Virus record (IMG/VR): IMGVR_UViG_3300022666_000286
Location: 1-52,835 of that record
DNA from: a virus
Lineage: Duplodnaviria; Caudoviricetes
Length of the DNA stretch: 52,835 nucleotides
Strand: one strand, 5' to 3'
Of this stretch, positions 45,869 to 52,835 are shown one piece after another (the stretch's first letter is position 1; every line of letters starts with the position of its first letter). The translations under genes and the position numbers were made by a program. Under the pieces are notes generated by a model. That model was not told the DNA's origin. It worked only from the letters and a program-made list of their open reading frames with translations, and did no database searches.

Positions 45869-46003
45869 AAATACTCTCTATCTGCGCTGAGCCGCCAGGG
45901 GGCGGGGGTGAGCCGGCCTGCCACAAACCGGCTCACCCGAGGCTAAGGGGTCACAGGCGGGGGGAGAAGCCCGCCCACCGGCGGCTCAGGTTGCGTTTGG
46001 TTG

Positions 46004-46201
46004 TTACTCATCCTTCGGCAGTAGTTGGGCCAGGATTTCGTATTGGGCCAGGTGGTGGCGCAACACGCGCAGTTCGGTGAGCAGCGCCAACCCGGTGGAT
46101 TCCTCCCGTTGGTTGGTAAACAGGACGGCGCTTAATTCCTCATAACGCCGGTTCATTTTTTTCAGCGTTTCCAGCGCGGCAAGCGGGTTATCAAAAATCA
46201 T
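46004..46201 (-). CDS. Small coiled-coil protein
   Basis: ATGA-coupled, MIFDNPL. Confidence 0.5.
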   Translation of the reverse strand: MIFDNPLAALETLKKMNRRYEELSAVLFTNQREESTGLALLTELRVLRHHLAQYEILAQLLPKDE

Positions 46202-46395
46202 TGCGTCGCCTCTGCTAACCACTTATCCCGCTTTTGCCGGCAAGCGAACAGGGTTGGGGCTACGCAGCTAAATAGTTTGCCGGTCTCGGTGCGATAATAG
46301 TCATACTGGTACATCGTACCTCTGGGAGTTTTGAACGTTTCATACTGTTCTTCTCCTTTTGTGGTGGTTGAACACCCGTTCATATCGATTTTCAT
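46198..46395 (-). CDS. DUF3873-like small protein
   Basis: NGCST..GEEQYE.F...QYDY...G.LFSCV.PTL..CR..RDKWL. Confidence 0.7.
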   Translation of the reverse strand: MKIDMNGCSTTTKGEEQYETFKTPRGTMYQYDYYRTETGKLFSCVAPTLFACRQKRDKWLAEATQ

Positions 46396-46420
46396 TTTCT
46401 CAATCCTTTTTGGGTAAGAC

Positions 46421-46705
46421 TTAAATTTCATCGCCGGGGCCGGTGCCCAGATATTCATAATTAGTTGGGGCTGCTTCAAGCTGTGAGGTTTTGGCCGGAG
46501 GGTTGGGGATAAAACCGGGCAAACTGCGCACCAGGCGCGATTCATTTTCCAGCCCAGGAAACTGCAATGTGCGGTACTTCTGCACAAATTCAGCCATGGC
46601 AATATCAACCGCTGCCTGAAACTTCCAACGGTTGCGCTCGGCAATAGCTCGCGCCTCTTTCAACACATCGTCTTCTATCCTGACACTGATAAATGTTCTC
46701 GACAT
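46421..46705 (-). CDS. Ribbon-helix-helix regulator in Cro position
   Basis: TFISVRIEDDVLKEARAIAE; first gene of leftward operon. Confidence 0.65.
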   Translation of the reverse strand: MSRTFISVRIEDDVLKEARAIAERNRWKFQAAVDIAMAEFVQKYRTLQFPGLENESRLVRSLPGFIPNPPAKTSQLEAAPTNYEYLGTGPGDEI

Positions 46706-46733
46706 TCGTCTATCTCTTTCGCAATATTTTTTA

Positions 46734-46867
46734 TTGCATTTGCAATGTTTTTGAATAAAAAAAACTAACGAGTAAGGATGTATTCAATATAACATATGTT
46801 ATTGCGATTGTCAACAACTGAATTGCAATCGCAATTAACAAAAACCTTAAAATTATTGCAAATGAAA
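46734..46867. promoter_or_regulatory. Immunity switch: leftward promoter and four TTGC-N4-GCAA-like operators
   Basis: Minus TTGACA(46814)-N17-TATATT; TTGCATTTGCAA 46734, TTGCGATTGTCA 46802, TTGCAATCGCAA 46823, TTGCAAATGAAA 46856. Confidence 0.7.
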
Positions 46868-47206
46868 AATCAATTATTCACTTGGATAAACGAAGAAGCA
46901 GAAAAACGCGATTGGAACAACAGTGAATTAGCAAGACGTGCAAAAATTTCACAGTCTAATCTTTCGCTTATACTTAGCGAGCAACGCAATGTTACGTGGG
47001 ATTTTTGCGAAGCAATAGCGAAGGCTTTTGGAGAACGGCCAGAAAAAGTATTCAGGCTGGCCGGTCTATTGCCGCCCAGTGCGGGGCAAATGCAGGATTT
47101 AAGCGAGGATGAGGGACGGCTGGTAGCGTTATACCGTGGCTCGTCGCCGTTGGCACGGGAGTGGATACTCAAGGCGGTGGAGGGGTTTGCGGACGGGAAG
47201 AAATAG
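46862..47206 (+). CDS. XRE-family repressor (CI-like, no peptidase domain)
   Basis: SELARRAKISQSNLSLI HTH; divergent from RHH gene. Confidence 0.88.
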   Translation: MKNQLFTWINEEAEKRDWNNSELARRAKISQSNLSLILSEQRNVTWDFCEAIAKAFGERPEKVFRLAGLLPPSAGQMQDLSEDEGRLVALYRGSSPLAREWILKAVEGFADGKK

Positions 47207-47630
47207 GGAGAGATTTAATCTCAGCCGCCGCCGCGCAACCGGCGCAAATGTCGTTTAGCGTCAATTAGCAAGCGTACCAGGTGGGGAATGACCTGGTACT
47301 GCAAGTAACGCCGTTCTTCAACAGTGTTGGTAAAAGTCAGGCCGAATGTTTGTTTGGGTTTGTGGGTGTAGCGACGTTTTTTACGCATTAGAAAAACCTC
47401 AAAACATTATAAATTATAAATCAATGAATAGGCCGGAGTTCAGCGCGGATTTAACAAAGCGCAAGTTTTTGTTGGTGAGAAATTTTAAATTTTTCAAACA
47501 AGCCGGAATGGTTATTGATACGTTACAATAACGCAAAAACTTCAAATTTAAATAGACCACAAATTCTTTTTAATTATTGGTGAAATACGGGCGTTAGGTA
47601 ATTTGTATTTACCAGAGACAGGAAACTCAA

Positions 47631-48614
47631 ATGCAGACCATCACTGATTTTTGGAAAACTACCACAGGTAAATTGATTATTATCGGGGGTAGTGGATTTA
47701 TTGGGATAATTTTTTTGTGTTTTGTTTGTATGATTTGCGGTGCCTTGGGAAATAACAAAAACAATATTGAACAACTTCCTCCCAAATCAACAACGGTAAA
47801 AAAAGTGGTATCTATTGCAACTGAGACTCATACACCTGCAAATACGCCAATTCCTACAAACACCCCTGTCCCAACAAAAACACCAATACCAGAACTTTTA
47901 TTTACTGATATTATTCAAGGCCCTAAAGAAAAAGGATGGACAGATACTCAATATTCCACCTATTTTGACACTATCAAAGGGAAAGAAATTAATGGATGGT
48001 CTGGTACCATACTCGAAATCAAGGAGTATGCTGGAGACCCTTACGTAAGCCTTGATATGAAACCCGGCGACCCGAAAATTGATGCTTATGTTTATATTAA
48101 CAAGGACGATGTTTTAAAAGTTGCTTTAGAGCAAAATATAACTTTTGCTGGCACTATTGATAGTAACTGGAGTGAAGGCAATAATCTTTACGCCCTACAA
48201 ATAAAAAATGTAATATTAACTAAACTGGGTGAAATTCCCACTCCAACTTCAATCCCGCCTACACCTACTTTAGGACCAACTGCACCACCTACCCCAGATA
48301 TTGGTAATGAAATAGAAGCCGGCGGAATGTGCAAAGATTTTGTCAGAAAGAATCTTAAATCTCCTTCTACTGCGGATTTTGGAGGATGGTTAGAGAAACG
48401 AGATAAGGCTGTATTTGTACCTACTGAAAAAATAAATGATTTGGGATTAAAAATAGATATATCCAAACTTCACAATTCTGGAATATGGGCAGTAGCAGGA
48501 CAAGTTGACGCCCAAAATTCATTTGGAGCTATGATTAGATCAGAATATATATGTGTTATGGACTATGACAAGAATACAAAAATGTGGTACTTGCTCGACA
48601 TTAGTATCAAATAA
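47631..48614 (+). CDS. Membrane-anchored extracytoplasmic protein with PT linkers
   Basis: N-terminal TM, PT repeats, LKSPSTADF...VDAQNSFGAMIR domain; low GC. Confidence 0.75.
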   Translation: MQTITDFWKTTTGKLIIIGGSGFIGIIFLCFVCMICGALGNNKNNIEQLPPKSTTVKKVVSIATETHTPANTPIPTNTPVPTKTPIPELLFTDIIQGPKEKGWTDTQYSTYFDTIKGKEINGWSGTILEIKEYAGDPYVSLDMKPGDPKIDAYVYINKDDVLKVALEQNITFAGTIDSNWSEGNNLYALQIKNVILTKLGEIPTPTSIPPTPTLGPTAPPTPDIGNEIEAGGMCKDFVRKNLKSPSTADFGGWLEKRDKAVFVPTEKINDLGLKIDISKLHNSGIWAVAGQVDAQNSFGAMIRSEYICVMDYDKNTKMWYLLDISIK

Positions 48615-48741
48615 TCTGGCTCATGAGGCTATTTCATTATTCGGAATAATTTAATTATTGATACGTTACATCAGATATTTGGCTCTAAGCCAGATTAGAA
48701 AGCAAGTTCCATAAAACCACTCAAGAAGGATCTGCATAAGC

Positions 48742-49005
48742 ATGAGTAATTACAACAAAGAGCCGTTATATCCTGGGGTAGACTCGCAACCCACGAAAAG
48801 AAATGGGCAATGGGGCAGATTTAATTCACCCCGATTTTTAATAGGGACAGGAATTGTTCTGGCAATTCTAATCATCTGTATTTTTTGTTGTTTGAGCATA
48901 GCTATAGTAGGGGCATTTTCTAGTGACACCAACAACAAAAGAATAAAACCAACCCCAACCGTGGGGATGATAGAACAGCGAGAAAGTATATGCCAGTTTG
49001 TGTAA
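48742..49005 (+). CDS. Small single-TM protein (possibly truncated relative of upstream gene)
   Basis: Cys-containing TM followed by PTPT. Confidence 0.5.
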   Translation: MSNYNKEPLYPGVDSQPTKRNGQWGRFNSPRFLIGTGIVLAILIICIFCCLSIAIVGAFSSDTNNKRIKPTPTVGMIEQRESICQFV

Positions 49006-49958
49006 GATGTCGTCGGGAAGTTGGCCTACTCAGTGGGTTAGTGGATTTTAACCGAAAAACCCAACGTTGTGGCAATTGCGACAGGCAAGTTAAAGACCAA
49101 TTACTTCATTTTCGGAATGCCTTTTTAACTTATTGCAAAGATGGGATTTTATCTCCCCAAGAGTGGCATTATTTACAAATTGGTTCAGTGCGGGCTGGTT
49201 TGGATTGGGACGAAGCCTTAGAATTTATTAGAACCGATACGCTGTACTTTTTGGAGCGAACCTTAACCTTTATTGCCGAAGATGGGATTATCACCGAAGA
49301 GGAAGCCGGTTATTTCCAATCCTTAATTCAACAATTACAGTTATCTCCCGAACTGGTTAAACCTCTAACTGAACGGTTAATTTATCAAAGAAGGATTTCC
49401 GATATTCGCCAGGGTAAACTGGCCACCATCCGGGCCACCATTCACCTGGAGCCAAATGAATTGTGTTACCTGGAAGACCAGGCGATTTACGAAAAGATAA
49501 AAGCCAAAGGGATCCAGTTTATACCGGGGCGGTTGATTGTGACCGACAAAAAAATACACTTCCTCTCTGATAACGGAGGCTGGACTATTATTTGGAAAAA
49601 TATAATGCGAGTAGAGCGGGATAGCCGTAGCATTTACTTGGAGTTAGCTACTCAAAAAGGAAATGGGCGCTACCAGATACCCGATCCACTTTTAGCAGAA
49701 GCAATATTGAATACTTTAACCAGATTAGCCAAAAGACAGCTACTTATACCCCAAGAAGGCAACGAAAGCCGACACATCCCCCAGGATATAAAAATAGCCG
49801 TCTGGCAGCGAGACCAAGGTAAGTGTGTTCAGTGTGGGAACACCTCTTACCTGGAATTTGACCATATTATTCCTTTCAGCAAAGGCGGCGCCAGCACAAC
49901 CAACAACGTACAATTGCTTTGTCGTAAATGTAATTTGGAAAAAGGGGATAGAATTTAG
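48990..49958 (+). CDS. Zn-ribbon / TerB-like / PH-like / HNH endonuclease fusion
   Basis: CVRC..CGNC; DGILSPQE and DGIITEEE; GRLIVTDKKIHF; RDQGKCVQCG...DHIIP..GG....NVQLLC..CN. Confidence 0.8.
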   Translation: MPVCVRCRREVGLLSGLVDFNRKTQRCGNCDRQVKDQLLHFRNAFLTYCKDGILSPQEWHYLQIGSVRAGLDWDEALEFIRTDTLYFLERTLTFIAEDGIITEEEAGYFQSLIQQLQLSPELVKPLTERLIYQRRISDIRQGKLATIRATIHLEPNELCYLEDQAIYEKIKAKGIQFIPGRLIVTDKKIHFLSDNGGWTIIWKNIMRVERDSRSIYLELATQKGNGRYQIPDPLLAEAILNTLTRLAKRQLLIPQEGNESRHIPQDIKIAVWQRDQGKCVQCGNTSYLEFDHIIPFSKGGASTTNNVQLLCRKCNLEKGDRI

Positions 49959-49963
49959 GTCAG

Positions 49964-50143
49964 ATGAAACGGGAATTTACAGCGACGGTATGGGCAGAAT
50001 ATGGGGTTTGGGTGGCGCAATGCCTGGAGGTAGATGTGGCCAGCCAGGGGGATACTGAAACAGAGGCGTTAAAAAACCTGCAAGAAGCGTTGGAACTCCA
50101 TTTTGAAGCGCCGGTGGCCACCATAGTTTTTAAGCCGGTTTGA
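49964..50143 (+). CDS. HicB-like antitoxin domain (59 aa, no HicA partner seen)
   Basis: Not in track: MKREFTATVWAEYGVWVAQCLEVDVASQGDTETEALKNLQEALELHFE. Confidence 0.75.
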   Translation: MKREFTATVWAEYGVWVAQCLEVDVASQGDTETEALKNLQEALELHFEAPVATIVFKPV

Positions 50144-50165
50144 GCGCAGAAGAATTTAAGGAACC

Positions 50166-50735
50166 GTGAAAGAGAGAAAGACTATCAAACGGATTAAGCC
50201 GGGCGGCTGGCTGATGGCCGCCATTTTATTGTTATCCGTAGGGTGCAGCTTAACGGGGCGGATACAGGGAAGTGAACGCAACCGGATTCGCACCGTAGCC
50301 TCACCCGCATTGCGCCTTACGCCGGTAGCATTTTCCACACCGACAACCACGCCAATCTTGTCCACCGTTACACCGGCTTTGGCCACGTCCACTCCAATCC
50401 CCCCCACTGACACGCCGATACCTCCAACTGCCATCCCGGTTCAGTCTACCGATACGCCGGTGCCGCCTGTGGCTACCCCGGTTTCACCCACCGACACGCC
50501 GATACCTCCAACCGCCACGCCGGTTTTGGCCCAACCTACCCCAACATCTGTTTCTAATTCGGCGATTGTGCCGGAGGTAAATTGCGATTGCTCCGCCAAT
50601 CTTTATAACTGTAAAGATTTCAAATCAGATGCCGAAGCCCAGGGCTGTTACCTCCATTGTTTGAATGCGGGTGCAGGTGATATTCACGATCTTGACCGCG
50701 ATCACGATGGCAACGCCTGTGAGTGGGATAAATGA
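50166..50735 (+). CDS. Lipoprotein with PT repeats and Excalibur-like Ca-binding domain
   Basis: Lipobox LSVGC; NCKDF...LDRDHDGNACE. Confidence 0.8.
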   Translation: MKERKTIKRIKPGGWLMAAILLLSVGCSLTGRIQGSERNRIRTVASPALRLTPVAFSTPTTTPILSTVTPALATSTPIPPTDTPIPPTAIPVQSTDTPVPPVATPVSPTDTPIPPTATPVLAQPTPTSVSNSAIVPEVNCDCSANLYNCKDFKSDAEAQGCYLHCLNAGAGDIHDLDRDHDGNACEWDK

Positions 50736-50739
50736 TACA

Positions 50740-50765
50740 GGTCATACAACTTACCTTGTGTGACC
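50740..50765. repeat. dif/lox-like site 7 (GGTCATACAA-CTTACC-TTGTGTGACC)
   Basis: Begins 5 bp after the lipoprotein stop. Confidence 0.8.
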
Positions 50766-50887
50766 TAAATTAAAAATGCCTGTTTTTGACCCGTGGTTTG
50801 TGCAAAATTTGCACGCCTGTAACGGCCAAATTATCCCTAATTTACCCGGTCTTTGCTCCCTGTTTTGCATCCAACAACCGTCAATTC

Positions 50888-50939
50888 ATTTTTCCAACCA
50901 CGAAAAATGAACCGGCTCATTTTTCGTGGTTGGAAAAAT
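50888..50939. repeat. Perfect 23-bp inverted repeat, 6-nt centre
   Basis: ATTTTTCCAACCACGAAAAATGA-ACCGGC-TCATTTTTCGTGGTTGGAAAAAT. Confidence 0.9.
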
Positions 50940-51076
50940 AAACCGCTATTCCCTACCCCTACTGCCCTACTCCCCCCTACTTATGCAAAATTTGCACTCC
51001 AGGTGGGGGGGTGAGTAGGCCCAGTAGGGCGAGTAGGGGGAGTAGGGCAGTTCACTCGTTTCAAAAAGAAGGTGTT

Positions 51077-52606
51077 ATGAAACAAACCGTTCTGCTGGGC
51101 TACCGCCGCAAGTCGGTGGTGCGCGATGCCACCGACCTGGTCAGCCCGGAACAACAAACCCACGCCGTAGAAGCCTGGGCCAAAGCTCAAAATTCTGACA
51201 CCATTATTGAATGGTACGAAGATATAGACCGCTCCGCCAGAGAAGAAAAAGGCCGCCCCGGTTGGCTCAACCTGATGCGCCAACTGGAACGGCCCGAAGT
51301 TTCCGGCGTTATCGCCTGGTCGTTCGACCGGCTATACCGCAATGTTCATCAGTTTCTCACCTTTCTTAATCGCCTGGAGCAACTAAACAAACGGCTCATT
51401 GTGGTGCGCGAATCACTCGACACCTCCACCCCCATAGGCCGGGCCATCGTCACCATCCTCATGGTCATCGCGCAACTGGAATCAGACCAAACCAGCGAGC
51501 GAATGAAAACCGGTATCACCTATCGCCGCGAAGTGCAAGGGCGTCACTGGGGGCCAACCCCGTTTGGTTGTGATCGTGACGACCAAGGGCAATTGATACC
51601 ATCAACACGAAGATACTGGTTAAATCCCTTTACCGGCGAGGCAAGAAACGGCCAAGAGACACCAGGGGAGCCTTGGGAAGAACGAAAGTATTACGAAGCG
51701 ATAAAATTGATTTATACGTTATATGCAACAGGCGATCACAGTTACGATTCTGTCACCACAATTCTAAACAAAAATGGCTGGCGATTTATTGACCGTCATG
51801 GTCAGCCGCGACCATTCGACCGTGATGACGTGCGGCGTTCGTTAGCGTACTGGCAACTATTTCGCGGTGATCTACCGACAGGTAAAATCCAACAAAAAAA
51901 CGGAAAAATATTGGCCGGCGGGCATCAACCAATATTGCCAATAGAATTGTGTGAACAAGTAGCTGTAGTAATGACTAAGCGAGAGCACTTTCGACGACGC
52001 CCAAAAAAGGGACAACTCTACTTATTGGGTAATGTACTTTACTGTGGAGTTTGCCAAAAGAAAATGGTTGGTGCGTTCGAACACGGTCAGCGATTATATC
52101 GGCACTTGGGATCAAAAGGAAATTGTCCAGAACGATGGATTTTGGCAGACCAAATTGAGACTGAAGCTATAGCGATATTGATTCGTTTGAACAACACTGA
52201 ACTGATGACAGATATCAGGCAAGAGGCGGAACGTATAGCTCGTGAGGCGTTTGCACAGGACGAATCCGGTAAGGCGATTATAGCCGAACTGGAACGGCAA
52301 CGGGAGCGATTAAAGCGGTTGGAAGATTTATACCTGGATGGTGATATTGATAAAGACCGGTATCGGCAACGAAAGTTAGAGATCGGGGAGACAATAGCCA
52401 AGCTGGAAAACGATCTCTATACTATTTGTCAGATGACTGATTTTGGAGCAGTATTGCGTCGAATGGAATCAATATTAACACAGTTAACGGAAACATCCGG
52501 CGAGACAAAAAAGGCTCTAATCAATAGTATCATTGAGCGATTAGAAATTGGCAGTGGCAAGATTTTACATCTTGAGCCACGACCATGGTCTCGTGGTTTT
52601 TTCTGA
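51077..52606 (+). CDS. Large serine recombinase (integrase)
   Basis: GYRRKS catalytic Ser, RPG, DRLYR, recombinase domain, CGVC Zn ribbon, coiled coil. Confidence 0.93.
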   Translation: MKQTVLLGYRRKSVVRDATDLVSPEQQTHAVEAWAKAQNSDTIIEWYEDIDRSAREEKGRPGWLNLMRQLERPEVSGVIAWSFDRLYRNVHQFLTFLNRLEQLNKRLIVVRESLDTSTPIGRAIVTILMVIAQLESDQTSERMKTGITYRREVQGRHWGPTPFGCDRDDQGQLIPSTRRYWLNPFTGEARNGQETPGEPWEERKYYEAIKLIYTLYATGDHSYDSVTTILNKNGWRFIDRHGQPRPFDRDDVRRSLAYWQLFRGDLPTGKIQQKNGKILAGGHQPILPIELCEQVAVVMTKREHFRRRPKKGQLYLLGNVLYCGVCQKKMVGAFEHGQRLYRHLGSKGNCPERWILADQIETEAIAILIRLNNTELMTDIRQEAERIAREAFAQDESGKAIIAELERQRERLKRLEDLYLDGDIDKDRYRQRKLEIGETIAKLENDLYTICQMTDFGAVLRRMESILTQLTETSGETKKALINSIIERLEIGSGKILHLEPRPWSRGFF

Positions 52607-52835
52607 TTGCGCGGCGTTTTATGTAGGCTTAACTCCCACCCGGCCCACCTCTGGGACGAAAAATACGTAAAAAAGTAAAACTACAATTCAGTAAGGCTTT
52701 TTTGTAATCACTAGATAACATTCACAATAAGTAAAAACAGTGTAAAATAGATAAATGATCTTACAATACCGATACCTAAGCCAAAATAAACACGTGTTCA
52801 AAGCGATGACCGGTCTCCACCGGGCCGAGTTCGAT

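Larger units (their letters stand above)
1..52606. mobile_element. Temperate siphovirus-like prophage / phage-plasmid (left end beyond window)
   Basis: Portal-head-neck-tail module, replication and immunity modules, large serine integrase at right end; minus-strand genes tightly coupled by ATGA/TAATG overlaps. Confidence 0.93.

Noticed and set aside
416-46000. Many plus-strand ORFs over the structural, defence and early genes
   Set aside because: Antisense shadows of GC-rich minus-strand genes with no motifs; only yefM-yoeB accepted
50400-50520. Repeated GACACGCCGATACCTCCAAC
   Set aside because: Encodes PT linker repeats of the lipoprotein
1-52835. tRNA, rRNA, reverse transcriptase/DGR, IS transposase, endolysin
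   Set aside because: None recognised by eye; endolysin may lie beyond the left edge

Overview
Almost the whole window is one temperate siphovirus-type prophage or phage-plasmid. The host is probably Chloroflexota, inferred from Pro/Thr-rich lipoproteins and GAAC-N4-GTTC-like boxes. Reading right to left: a large serine integrase at the right end; a low-GC accessory block (membrane proteins, HNH protein, orphan HicB, Excalibur lipoprotein); a divergent XRE repressor / RHH switch; and a long minus-strand early region. The early region holds a tyrosine recombinase, a ParM-type partition pair, an FtsK-like ATPase, a PRTRC-type ubiquitin-like cassette (Ubl, E2, JAB, E1), a Cas4-like nuclease, a Mom-like enzyme, an iteron-containing initiator with a DnaA-N domain, a HerA-like ATPase and a J-domain protein. 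Next comes a SNF2 helicase / DUF1156 methylase / DUF499 ATPase defence operon where the terminase genes normally lie, then head, neck and tail genes running off the left edge. Most notable: (1) seven 26-28 bp dif/lox-like sites (arm-6 bp-arm) at gene boundaries that divide the genome into functional modules, two of them closely bracketing the ubiquitin-like cassette; (2) a phage-borne Ubl system whose Ubl is fused in-frame to a cargo domain after its GTKG motif; (3) no recognisable terminase. All protein calls come from motif recognition and synteny, not database searches.
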